A DNA stretch of 64,000 nucleotides, from contig MU626304.1 in the NCBI GenBank assembly GCA_025603075.1, positions 58,518 to 122,517 on the forward strand, given 5' to 3'. Below are positions 12,022 to 24,932 of the stretch, piece by piece (the stretch's first letter is position 1; the number at the start of each line of letters is the position of its first letter). The notes below the pieces were generated by a model. The model searched no databases. It had not been told where the DNA came from and was given only the letters and a program-made list of their open reading frames with translations. The position numbers were made by a program, and so were the translations under genes. Source of the stretch: Neoconidiobolus thromboides FSU 785 (taxonomy: Eukaryota > Fungi > Entomophthoromycota).

Positions 12022-12639
12022 ATTACTTTTAATTCATTATTAAAAATAAACTAATAATTTTATCTAAAAATTATAGTTTATTTTTATTACTTGATCCGCT
12101 ATACTATATTAAATTAGGTAGTATGTGATCTTTTTATAAGGTATTTATAAATAAAACTTTGACTCTAACATTTTACATTATTATGTATTCTACTTTGCTA
12201 TATTTTTTAAGAGGAAATTGCCTTTTTTTATCTAACCTTAGACAAAGAAATACACCTAGCAGATATACAATGCTGTGACATATTTAGTAGGAAGATAACG
12301 TATAATAAAGGTATTGTTTCTTCCTTCAATATTGATACCCGCAACTTTTTTTCAGGATATCTTTTGACAATAAATTTATCCTTATAGCTATGGCCATTTT
12401 CTTAAAGTGCTTAAAATGCTAACATTATTTCGAATGTTCATAAGACCCCAGGTATGTAATTTTACTTACTTGATTTACATTCATTATAATATAAACGATT
12501 TTAAATAATTAATAATAATGATTGACAAAAAGGAACCAAATTGGAAGTTAATAAGTAAGTATATAGAAAGGCCTGAAATTTCATAACCTTTTATAAATCA
12601 ACTATTTTCTAATGCTATAAGTTTCCCCTAAAATTATAA

Positions 12640-12930
12640 ACAATACAATGTGAGAATTAGTACCCAGTAGTTAAAGTTAAAGCAGTTTTTGCTTGATAAA
12701 CTAGCTATAACCCAAAAGGTCTTAATTTATATAACCAAGATAGGCTTGAATTATAAAAAATGCCATATAATAGGCTATAGACTATGTAGAACAGATAAAA
12801 TAAAAGATACCATTATTAGATTTATATAAAATACTATCAGAAAACTTAGTAGCTTCATTAAAAATACAATATCAGGAAATAGTTTAATAAAAAGCTTTGA
12901 GTTATTATATTCAAAAACCTTTTTTATACT
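12640..12930 (+). repeat. Degenerate dispersed repeat family B, copy 1
   Basis: Aligns by eye with the reverse complement of about 62340-62660 and 63800-64000, e.g. GGTCTTAATTTATATAACCAAGATAGGCTTGAATTAT vs GGTCTTAGTTTATATAACTAAGATAGACTTGAATTAT. Confidence 0.7.
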
Positions 12931-13041
12931 TTGACTCAGTGATTATATATAAAAAATATGATAATAATTGTTTTTTGTCATAATTACCAGATATGAACAT
13001 TAAAATAAAGAAATAATATTTTCTATAAATAGTGTAGATAT

Positions 13042-13140
13042 GGGGGTGTTTTTTTTGGTTTCATTACTTTTTCCATATTTTGAGCACTATTTGAGCGGAA
13101 AAACTGTTAGTAAAATTCTTAAACACAAAAATACATCCCC
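13042..13140 (+). mobile_element. MITE-like element family A, copy 3 (99 bp)
   Basis: GGGGGTGTTTTTTTT...AAAAATACATCCCC with ATAT on both flanks. Confidence 0.88.
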
Positions 13141-14215
13141 ATATAATGTTATTTATAATAAAAAGGAAAAATACTCTCAAGATTTACTAAAGCTTTTAAT
13201 TTTAAAAATAATTATATAAAACTAGAAAAAACTAAAAAAGCTATTAAAATTATTTGAATCAAAGAAACCAAAAAAATCAAAAAACTATAGCAAAATTAAT
13301 TAAAGGATGTCTCTAAACTGTAAACAATATAATTAGAAAAAATTAAATAAAATAGTTTAAAAAAACCAAATTTAAATTAAATTTAAATTGCATTATGAAT
13401 TACAAAATTAACTTCAATAAACTATATAAAAGTTATTTAGTAAATAAAAACCCAAATACATAGTCATATTTGATAATTACAATGTTCTTAACAAAATTTA
13501 TTATGAAAGAAAGGTAAGGTTTTAAAAAAAAATTATAGTGATTGTAATTAAGTGAAAAAAGGCCCCTTTTATATAAATTCTAGACAGAATGAATACAAAT
13601 GCTGATATATTTCCATTATATTTTTTTGGCCTTAGTTACTTAAAGCAAAGAATTTCAAATTATAAACCTAGAACTTAGATAGACTTCAAAAAGTTTTGGA
13701 AATGGAACAAAAATATCAAAAGAAATAGCTGTTAAAATTTTCTAAAACCAAAAAAAACATTACAAGTATATAAGCTATAGGAGCTTATATCGAAAACATA
13801 AATCATTATAGAAGATTCGAATTTGAATTATTTTTTAATTTAAAATCATCCACAAAAACTTTAGATACTCTATACTATCACTATAATAAACATTGATTTT
13901 AATTAATAAGGATGAGCTACAAGCTTAGAAGATTCAAATGACGTGCTTGTATTTAATCTTTTTCAATTCTTCTAAATCAGATCCGTCCTACAAAGTTGTT
14001 TGTTAGAATTATCAACAAACTATTTTTATTAAATTTATTTTATAATTTCGCTTTCATACCAAAATATTTGCTATTCATTAACTGTTACTATACTTTTTGA
14101 GTTTGATTCTCTTTTTAAGTTCGATCTAAATTTAGCAAATCTTTTGCAAAAAAATAAACATTCATCATAAAATAAACACATCAACAATCAATTTGATCTA
14201 TTTCCACTTTTTATA

Positions 14216-16995
14216 ATGTCAGAGAGTGAATTTTCAGAAAGAACAAGCATAGTCCGAGGATCGGGTCAAAATAATGATACAAGAGAAGAGAAGATAGAAA
14301 AAATAAATCAAATGATTACTTGTACTTTACAGGAAGTAGATGACGCTTTTTCTACAAGTGTTCGAATCATCTCAACTAGTATCCTTCCTCGTTTAGAAAC
14401 TTTATCAAACTTAGTTAAATCAAACAATGAAAGCTTAAAGGTAAATTTTCCAAATTTATTATGTACTCAATTAACCTTTTACAGTGTTGGTCTCGTTTTT
14501 TTGCCGGAATAAGAGAGTCTGAGTTGAAAGCTAAACAAAAAAGTGAAGAAGAAATGAGCCCTGATAAACAAAGCGAAGATAGTTATCTATTGAAAGAAAA
14601 AAATAGCAGAAATAATATGGATGATACAACCCTTTATAGGGATTCTGAGCCTTTAGCAGCCAAAAAATATTCATTAGGTTCAAATGCTACAACGATTGCA
14701 AATAACATTCAAGTTGCATCAAAGGATTTCAAACGAAATGCAAATAACATTCAAGAAGTTTTTCTGACCCCTACAACAAAGCTAGTGGATCAAGATACAG
14801 GTAATGCTACAGATAGGATGAGGAACATACAGTTTATGTTGCCTACAGAAGAATATGATCCAACTCTAGACAGCCCTAGTTATAAAATTGCTGGAAATAA
14901 TGAGTTGATTTATCGCTTCATTAAAGATCCCGAAAATCCACCAACGGAACCAGAAAAAGATCAACTATCTCTGATAAATTCTGATTCAAGTAAATTAAAA
15001 CTTCATCCTAAAACTATGGTTCCTCGAGAAGCTAAAGCATCTGCTATCGAGGCATCTAAAACAGATGTAAGCAGCAATGAACTTCATATAACTAAAGTTC
15101 CAAAAAATCAACCATTACGACATACAGCTTTTGGCGAAAATGTACGATATGACCAAAGTGTAGATAACTCAATATATCAATCTGGAGGAGAATCTGTAAT
15201 TCAGCCACTACGTTCTTCCCTTTTTGAAAAAAATAAGCAATACAATCAAAATTTAAATTATTCAATTTCTCAATCTTATCAGGCTGTAGAGAGTAACCCC
15301 GCATCCTCTGCCTTTGGTGGTGATAGGCAGTATGATCAAAGCGTGAACAGCCATATAGCCCAATCTGAGAAAACCGTAGAAAATAACCTTCCACCTTCCA
15401 TTTTTGGCGGAAATGAAGAAAATGATCAAAAAACAAACAATTTGGTGCCTCAATCTGAAGTAACTATAGAGCATGATTTGCCGCTTTCTATTTTTGGTGG
15501 AGATGAGAGGCCTAATGAAAATGTAGACAATTCAATATTACAATCTGATGGAACTATAGAGCGTGATTTACCGCTTTCTATCTTTGGTGGAAGTGAGCAT
15601 CAAAATGTTAATAACTTAGTGCCCCATTCTGATGGAACCATAGAAAATGATTTACCACTTTCTATTTTCGGCAATGGTCCATTAGAGACTTATGAAAAAA
15701 CTCCACAAATAAATCAATTAATTTCCAAGGTAAAAAATGACAGGGAATTATCTTCTGAAGTACGTGAGAATGAAAATAATATAAAGACGGAATCAGCAAA
15801 AGATCCTATAAATAAGATAAATAAGCCAGAAACCTCTAATGACCAGGAAAAAGAAGTCAATAATAACCCAGAAAAGCTAGAAAACAATATTAAAGAATCA
15901 AACGATAAAAGCTCAGATGACGAACTAACTGATGAAAATTTAGATGGGATATTGAATAATGAAATATCAGATGATGAAATAAATTATGAATTTGAGGATA
16001 GTCATATATCCATATTTGATAAAATAAAAATCGAATCCTTTAATGAAGAAAACATACGTGCTTTAGCTGAAGAAGAAGAAAGAAGTAAAAATTTTACAAT
16101 TGAAGATATCTTAAGGGAAGTACAAGGAGAAGGATATATTGAAGAAGATGCATATGAGGTACCAACCTTTGCTGAAAAAGTAAGAAAAATGGATGAAATA
16201 AGGATGAAAGAAAATAATATAACTCGAGATGAATTGTATGATAAAGCTGCAAATATTGAAACCGATGAAGAGGACTTAAGTTTCTATAGTGCAAGTGAAC
16301 AAACTTTCAAAAATACACCTCAAAAAAAGAATAGTGATATAGTTCTAAATAAAGATAATCAAATAATGAACGAATCAATACAAAATTTATTAGAGGATAA
16401 TAAAACTAATGGGAGTATAGTTAAAGATAAATCCTCGTCACCCTTGGAAGACAATGGTAGAATAAAAGGACCAGTAAGAAAGGCAGTCGATATAGGCTTA
16501 TATCAAAAAAGTAATACTCTGACTTTACCTGAAAATAGTAACTCACTACAAAGGGTTAATCAAAATGACAATAATAATCTAGTATCAACTGATGAAATTA
16601 TAAACCCAGAGCTAACACCTTCAAACAAGAACTATAACAAAAGGTATCAATTTAAAAGTCCAACTAAATTATTCCGAAGGAGTATAAAATCACCCAGAGT
16701 AGGAAGAGAAGTACCAAAAACAGATATTGAAAGGGTAAAAGGAAAAGTTATTACAGATGTAGAAAATGAAATTTGCACAATGTTAGATGAAAAACCGAAT
16801 AAAACAGTAATTTTTATATAATATAATTTTTTAATATATTAATTTTTTTTATAGATATTATTATCCACTATTTACCAATCTTATCCTAATATAAATCAAG
16901 AGACTGTTGATCTAGCAATAAAAAATTTAGTTGATAACAAGAAAGTTATCTCAGAAGATAGTAAAGTGACCCGAGCTGCAAAAAATTGGCACTAA
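14216..16995 (+). CDS. ASK1: DASH/Dam1 complex subunit Ask1 with long acidic tail and internal repeats, 3 exons
   Basis: EKINQMITCTLQEVDDAFSTSVRIISTSILP...SLK|CWSRFFAG matches the DASH_Ask1 N-terminal domain. Last exon ends TRAAKNWH*. Confidence 0.8.
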
Positions 16996-17080
16996 TTAAA
17001 TAATAAGTTATAACTATTAAAATGAAAAGCACTATTAACTACATAAAAAAGTATTTATCATTTTATTTTTTTATTTTTTA

Positions 17081-18703
17081 TTACATTATTGAACAACCCC
17101 CTTTATCTTTATTATTGTTGCTATTATCTGTATTAATTTTTAATAAATTAGGATCCGGATTATCAATAGTAGATAATAAAGTATTAGAATCCATAGCATA
17201 TTTAGTATTTTTAAACAATTCGTTCATTTCAATTAACAAATTTCTAGCTTTTTCTCTTTCTATTTTACCATCAATACCTTGAAGATATAACTTTGCTAAA
17301 TTCAACTATAAAATATATAATATTATTAGTAGTTAATAGCAATAAAAATAAACTAAACTACCATAGCTAAGGGAAATTTTTGATTGGCAGCCATTTGCCA
17401 ATATTCTTTACATAAATTGAAATTTTTATCAATGCCTTCTCCAAGCATATATTTTAATCCTAAATTGTATTGAGCTTCTCCCATCCCACTCATAGCTGCT
17501 TTTTCGAAGTGTGATATGACTTCTTTATGATTGGGTGTTGTTTCTCTTGACTTAATAATACCAAGGTAAAATTCACTTTCTGGTGAACCTAAATTAATTG
17601 TTTTATTAAACTATTAAAATAACAAACACATATTAACTACCCTGTAAAGCTGCTAATTGATAGTATTCCTTTGCTTTATTTTCATCTTTTGGTACTAATC
17701 TACCTTTACGATATAGATGACCTAATAACATAAATCATTCTTTTTTGATACAAATGAAATGTTATTACCTAATTGATTATAAGCTAAATCGATTTTAGCT
17801 TCTGCTGCTTCATTTAAATATTTTAAACCTTCTCTATTGTTTTCTTGTACAAGCCATACACCATATTTTACCATAGCTAAAGGCACTCTTTCATCACTTA
17901 ATTGCTTCATAATGATTTTAGCTCCTTCTTTATCTCTTTTGACTTCTCCTAAACCTAATGTAATATTATCAATTTGTAAATTATTATTATTGATTGAATT
18001 TACCTTCATATAATATAGAAGCTAATGTATAAGTAGCTTTAATATTGTTAAACTCAGAACCGAGCTTTAATAAATTGATAATGATTTTTGATGAACCATA
18101 GCCACTACCTTTAAAGTTGATAAATTATCATTTGTTATTTAATTAAAGTTTACCTGCCATCTTATAAATTTGTAATAAGATAATGGTATAATCATAAAGC
18201 ATTGAAGAATCTCCTTTACATACTAAAATATAAATTTTTAAAATTATTATGCTATTAGTTTTATAAATAACTACATGTCATTATTTGTTTCTTATATTGT
18301 CTTTTTGTCCCATCATCTTCGGCACGAATTAATAGTTTAGTTGATCCTACAACATTTACCAAATCCTTTTTGTTTAATTTGGGACCATTCTTTGTTTTAC
18401 TTTTACTTTTTATCGCTTCCTTCATCAAATGTTCGAATACAGCATTATCAGCTAAATAAATGTTATCATATAGCTAAAATCAAAGTAATCAAATATACTA
18501 TTAAAGTCTTCATCTCCTTCTATTTCTATTTCGTATTCTTTATTATTCTTATATATATTGGTATCTCCATTAAATGTATCAAAGATGGATCCTTTTTTTA
18601 AACCACCATTTAACTGACAATGAAAGTGATTGACTTTATCTTTTAAAAACACAATGTTTCTTAAAGGTATATTAGTTCTTTTTGCTATACTGTTTTTTAA
18701 CAT
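17081..18703 (-). CDS. Sel1-like repeat protein with C-terminal CaaX (CSIM), multi-exon
   Basis: SLR units: AYNQLGHLYRKGRLVPKDENKAKEYYQLAALQG, AQYNLGLKYMLGEGIDKNFNLCKEYWQMAANQ, AMLNLAKLYLQG. Ends GGCSIM*. Basic, acid-poor N-terminus. Confidence 0.8.
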
Positions 18704-18746
18704 TTCAAATATTATAAAAAAAATAGAACAAAGAAAATATCAAATT

Positions 18747-19352
18747 TTATTGCAATTTTTTAAGTTTTGAAAATTTTAAAGTAGAAAGATCAATTAATAA
18801 TATCAAAGGTATAAAAAAGAATGGAAAATATAACATAAATAAAGAATAACGATAGCTCGATAGTAAATTTGGAAACCCATATAAAAAAGATACTAACATT
18901 GGTAATACACTTGTCATTACTGAAGAAGAATAGATAATACCATATAATCTTAGTTTATATTTTCTATCTATAAAAATATAGTTAATAAATTACTTAGGTT
19001 AAAATATTATTATTGTTATATTTTTAAAATAAAAATAGTTACCATGATATAACTGATACATAGAATAAATAAAAAAAGGTAAATGTAAGAATAATTCTAT
19101 ATAAACAAAAGTGCGAAACCAAAATAACTGGAAATAAGTAGCATTATAATTGTTATTATAACCATGATTATATATGCTCATATAAGGATCTTTAAATAAA
19201 TTAACTTGAAATTGATTAAATTGTACTAAAAATTGAGGTTGCATTATGGCTGGATAAATAGGTACACAATCAAATATTACTGTAAAGATTGAATGAATTA
19301 AAAAATAATAAAAATAGACACTGTCTAGTGGACGTTCACTTAATGTTTTCAT
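18747..19352 (-). CDS. EXPERA-domain membrane protein (TMEM97/Ema19-like), 2 exons
   Basis: RPLDSVYFYYFLIHSIFTVIFD...DPYM...WFRTFVYIELFLHLPFF...YFPFFFIPLILLID. Ends KLKKLQ* (KKxx ER-retrieval motif). Confidence 0.85.
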
Positions 19353-20172
19353 CTTTTTTAAAAAATAATAAATAAAATTTATTGCTTTATTGCTATTTTT
19401 TATTTTATATATTCTTATTCTTCTATATCCTTATTTTTGCGTCCCCCTTATTCACGTTTTCATTATATTTTTTCATCCCTTAATAAAATTTAAGATTTTG
19501 TGTATTTTTACAACTTATAATTAATATTCTATTTAATATATCAATTTTGTTGATAATATATCACAGTATATTAATGAATATCCGTTATATACTATATTAA
19601 CTATAGTATTACTAAAACCTTACTGTATAGCGTTTCCTTAAAAGACAAAATGATCAGTAATAAACATACACTTCAATAAACTTTGAATCTAGATTTTATA
19701 TTGAAACTTAAGTTAATCTATTTCAGTTTGTATATTTGATATAATTACTAAGACATATTACCATATATTCTGTTTTAAAATTATTCTCATTTTTAGTTAT
19801 GTTGCTTTAAAGCATACTGTTAACTTATGCATGATACAAATTTATTAGTAAAAGAAAGGAAATTTATATTATTTTAGAGCTTCGTGTATTTATATGATAA
19901 ATTTTATTTAGTATTAATAGATAATAAGCATATCAGTCCATTAAACTTTGATTTCAAAGCCAATATTAGGATAATCTTTTTATATATGTCAAAGAATAAT
20001 ATCTATAATTATTACAATGAGATCATGTATTCATTATCATCAAATTAACCAATCATTACCGAACTTAGTTTAAAATTAAACTAAGGTTAAAAATTTGACA
20101 GCCGAAGGAGTATAAAACAGAGTTAAATGACTGTTTTTTTTAAAAGTTAACTTAAATTATTATATAAAAAAG

Positions 20173-20636
20173 ATGAATAAAAGTTTAAAATTTGAATTTC
20201 CAAGATTATTTTTAACTTTAGAAAATAAAGGCTCTACAGCTAGAGATCATTTAGGTACTCTTAATTATTTTAGAATTTAACTACTCTTTACTTATTTCCT
20301 CATTATTTAGCAAATGAACGTACTTTTTTATCGTGGTTACGAACCTCCATAACACTGGTAACAGTAGGCTTAGCAATCACACAATTAGCTAAGATGGAAG
20401 TTATTAAAAGTAGCTCATATATCTTTTGGGTAGGCATCCTTTATAGTGTCATGGGAAGTATCTTTTTAGTACTAGGATTATCACGGTACTTTCGTGTGCA
20501 AAATCAATTACTCCAACAAAATTTTCCAAGTACAAGAATAAGTTTATTTTTGGGTTCTTTCCTATTACTCTTGTTTTGTGTTGCTTTAACATGCTTTATT
20601 GGCCTGGAAAAATTATTTGATATTAAATTTCATTAG
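20173..20636 (+). CDS. DUF202 membrane protein, paralog 1
   Basis: LENKGSTARDHL|ANERTFLSWLRTS followed by three hydrophobic segments. Confidence 0.88.
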
Positions 20637-20973
20637 CTATTATATATTATTTAGATCAAGTCGTTATGACTACCTATGTTTTTATTTTATTTTTTTTCTG
20701 TATTTTTACTCGAAATGTGTCAAAATCACTTACAATTAAAAATGATCTCATTATTATTGAAAGGATATAATTAGCCTATAAATTTCAATAAACTGAAGTT
20801 AATTTGCCTATTTGATGATATCCCCATAATTTTTTAGCTAAAAATAATAATGAGCAAAGAATAATCTTAATCTAATGAAAAAGGAGGTAAAAATGAACAT
20901 AACAATCGGAATTTTTAAAAGAAAAGAATTTTTTTTATTTTAATTAACTTTGTTTTTACGATTTTAGAATATC

Positions 20974-21512
20974 ATGGCATCTTCTAGCAATACTAATATA
21001 GTGTATGGTTATAATTCAATTGCTCCAATTGATAGTGAAAGAATAGCTATTAACAATAATAATAATGAGAAAGATAAACAACGCACTTTTTTATCTTTGA
21101 CTTTAGAAAATAAAGGCTCTGTTGCAAGGGATCATTTAGGTATATTTTATAATAATATTAGCAATCAAAATAATAATAATAATGATAATAAACAATAGCA
21201 AACGAACGCACCTTTTTAGCATGGTTAAGAACTTCATTAGCATTAGTAACTTTAGGAATTGCAATAACTCAATTAAGTAAGTTAAGTGGTCAGCCGCCAA
21301 TTCACAAAGATGAACATTTAATAATTGGTATTGTTTATATGTGCTGTGCTATTGCATTTGTTGGATTCGGCCTATTTCGCTATTTTTTTATTCAATTTAG
21401 TTTAACAAAAGGAAAATTCCCAATTTCTAGAATTGGTATCTGTTTAGCTGTCGCTTTTTTATCTATTATTACTGTTTCCCTTATCTATACTTTCTTTATC
21501 GATTTACCTTGA
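20974..21512 (+). CDS. DUF202 membrane protein, paralog 2
   Basis: LENKGSVARDHL|ANERTFLAWLRTSLALVTLGIAITQL...RYF...GKFP. Same intron position and phase as paralog 1. Confidence 0.88.
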
Positions 21513-21598
21513 GTTCAAATTTAGACTTAAATTTATAAATTATTTTATAAAATTTATAAAATGGATATTTTTATTGCTTCTATAAGAAATTACTTTTA

Positions 21599-22615
21599 TT
21601 AATATTTTTCATTGCCTTCTTCTAAATCTTTTAATGATAATACTTCTAAGCCACCCCGACCTTTGGTAGCAACTGAAATTTTATCTGATAATACTTTTAA
21701 ATTTCCTGGATCAATTAAAGAGACCTAAATTAGAAATAAAAAGTAGAGTCAAAATAATAAAAACAAATTTAAAAAAAGAATTACCATTTCATATAAATCC
21801 CCAAAATCTTCTTCTTCCACTTTTGAAATATTAGGTAATAAATTTTCTTTGAGTTTTTTAGCTTCTTTACCAGGTAATGTAATACGAATTCTCATTTGAG
21901 CACGAGCAATGGGTATGGTTTTTTTATCTTGAAGTTGTCGGATGATTTCTAAAGCCTACAAAAAATTAATTGATATTACTAATATATATTATAAAAACAA
22001 TTACCTGTTGCTTAGCATTTTTATTTGGATTGATAGAATAATGCAAATCTGCAATCGCTTTTTCAATCATCGATACTGTATATGGTCTTTTATTCGTTGG
22101 ATTAACACACATATCTGCTACTAGGCTAGCTATATCTTTTGATAGAGTTTCTAAAGCATTTGCTCGCTCTTTTTCTCCTACTTGTAACTCTCCTTTTTTT
22201 AATATCTAAATCATTTAATTAATATGATAATAATAATAAATTTCAATAAAAGTCACTTCTAAAATAATTTTTTCTTTATCCTCTGTTTTAAAACACTTTG
22301 TTAAATCTTCTGTATTGGCTAATTGACCTTTGGATACATTAGTAAAGATAGAATTGATTTGTAAGATTTCATCTAAATCAGTTTCACTAATAAATCATTA
22401 ATTTTTAATTTGATTAGTATAATTTAAATTACACTTGATTCCTCCATTCCATTACTTTGTTTTTATAACAAGCAATTTCAAACCTTTTACCCCCTTTACG
22501 TAACTTGACTATAGAGACATTAGTAAGTCTAGTTATAATTTTAGTATCGTTATTATTTATTATTATTAATACTAATTAACTACTTTATTTGATTACTTGG
22601 TTGAAATATTGACAT
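21599..22615 (-). CDS. SDO1: Ribosome maturation protein SBDS/Sdo1
   Basis: [36 protein letters not shown]...NVSKGQLA...RAQMRIR...LIDPG. Confidence 0.96.
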
Positions 22616-22729
22616 AATTCAAATTAAATTTAAAAAAATAGCATTTGAAAATGAATTTGACTAGAACTTTATTATGCAAAGTTAATTTTGAAAATTGAAT
22701 TTTTTTGAATTTTTTAAAAAAATTTTAAA

Positions 22730-24028
22730 ATGTTTAAATTTAATTTTAGTGTAAGTTTATTCCCCTCTTTTATTACTATTAATAAATTAATTTTTAATAA
22801 TAATACAATAGATAGATAATAATGAAGAAAACGATTTGGAAACACAATTTCAAAGTATAACATTGAATGATAAAAAAGAGAGTGAAGAACCGATCATCCA
22901 TGCTAAAGAATATAAACTTAATGAATTGGTAATTAAAAATAAAAGAATAAATAAAAGGATAAAAGTAAATTATTTTAGTTACCTCAAGTAATTGAATTAG
23001 AGGGTATTCGACCATTAAATAACGATACTAAAAGAGAAATCATAAATTTAGTTTATAAAAGATATCTTTCCGATATTAAATTACACTTGGCTCAACAAGA
23101 TAAACTTGAAGACAAAGATAATGAACAAGATGAAATTAGAACTTGGATTGATGGTTTAGATGTAGTTCGACATATTTATGAAGGTAAAATTAAAAGAACT
23201 TATTTATCATTATTAGAATATTAATTATAATACTTTTTTACAGGTGGTTTCAAAACTTGGGAGTCAGCGTTAGATTTGTCAGCTTATTTGCTAGATCGAA
23301 ATGAAGAAGAATTTAAAAATAAAAATATTATTGAAGTAAGATAAAATTATTATAATATATTAATTAATTAATTATTATCATAAAGCTAGGTTGCGGTTCC
23401 TCAATACCTTCTTTAACAATTTTAAGAAATTTTGAAGTCAATTCAATTCATTTTTCGGATTATAATAAAGAAGTAATAAGTTGGATAACTTTACCCAATT
23501 TATTTAGTAATTTGCTATTGCCAATTAATAATAACGAAAAAGAAGAAGAGATTGAAGTTGATTTAAATATGGAAATTATTAATAAATATAATGAACAAAA
23601 TAAATTTAAAGCTTTTTACGGGGATTGGGAAACTTTAGTAAGTTTTATATTTTATATTTTATACATATTTTATATTTATTTAGCCACCAATAACCCGACA
23701 ATATATACCAAATGGCTATGATATTCTACTTACAACAGAAACTATCTATGCCCCTGAATTAATACCAAAATTATATGATACAATTAATAAATTATTAAGT
23801 AAACCAAATGGAATTGCGTAAGTCTTTTTTATATTAAAATCATAATAGTTATAATATTAATTTTCTGTTAATAGCTATGTTGCTGCTAAAACTATGTATT
23901 TCGGTGTTGGTGGTGGTACTTTAGAGTTTAAACAGTTAATTGAAAGTAAAGGGGAAATGAATTGTGATACAGTATTTAAAATTGATAGTGGTATTACTAG
24001 AGAAATTTTAAAACTTAGTTGGAAATAA
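22730..24028 (+). CDS. HPM1: Histidine protein methyltransferase (Hpm1/METTL18-like)
   Basis: MFKFNFS start; IYEGGFKTWESALDL, IIELGCGSSIP, HFSDYN, FYGDW, YDILLTTETIY, YVAAKTMYFGVGGG. Confidence 0.9.
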
Positions 24029-24312
24029 AATATACACTTTATACTATTTATTATTAATATCATTATTCTAATTTTTAAATAAAGAACTTTCATTTTTAAT
24101 TTTTTGATTTATTTTAATGAAGATATAAGACTTTAATATAAAATATTGATAATAATGAAAGCTAATTTATATAATATTATAGAACTTTTAAAATTTTGGA
24201 TGAATTTGTTGCTGAAATTGAAATTTTAGAATCACTTCAGTAAACTGCGAAAAAACTAAGCTTACTTCCAACGCAATTAAAAATAATCATTTTTTAAAAT
24301 AATTATTTAGAA

Positions 24313-24932
24313 ATGAGCCATTATAAAGAGTATGAATTCGATACACGAGTATGTTATGATTTAAGTCATTTTCGAGGTAATTATATGAAAGAAATCAATA
24401 ATTATATTAGATAAACTTAAAACTATTTTATTACTTAGATCTATTAAAAAAATTACGTAAACCGGATGATAATATAATATTAAGATTAAATACAACAGAT
24501 ACAAAATCAGAAGAATCTTGTTTAAAAACATTTCGAACTTTATCCAAAGCTTATTCAGAAAGGGACACAGTTATTAAAACTTGTGTTAAAGTAAGAATTT
24601 TTATTTTTATTTTTATTTTTATTATCTTCAAATGTAGTGGATTGTATTCATGAACTATTGTTTTTAGTTAGTAGATGGAAAATTAACTCAACTTCGAGAA
24701 GATTTTGATAAAAATAAAGAGGATTCTGTATTGAAATCCCATCTTTATGCAGAAGAAGCTAAGGTAAATGATTTTTTTTAATATAGGTTTTAAATTTGAT
24801 TAGAATATTTTTCAAATTTAGTTAAGATGGATTAAAAATGAAGCATCAGTTGAAGAGATTATACAAAGACGTAGTTCAAAAGTATTTAATGATCGTTGTA
24901 GAATTTTCGATCCAAAAAAATTGGAGTTATAA
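24313..24932 (+). CDS. MIX23: Mitochondrial intermembrane-space protein Mix23/CCDC58
   Basis: CYDLSHFR|DLLKKLRKPDDNIILRLNT...C...ERDTVIKTC...LRWIKNEASVEEIIQRRSSKVFNDRC. Confidence 0.88.

Noticed and set aside
12640-12930. Resemblance of repeat B to copia RT (WELVP) or zf-RVT (HNRL) motifs
   Set aside because: Matches are only 4-5 residues, in inconsistent frames, with no catalytic motif; not supportable without a search.
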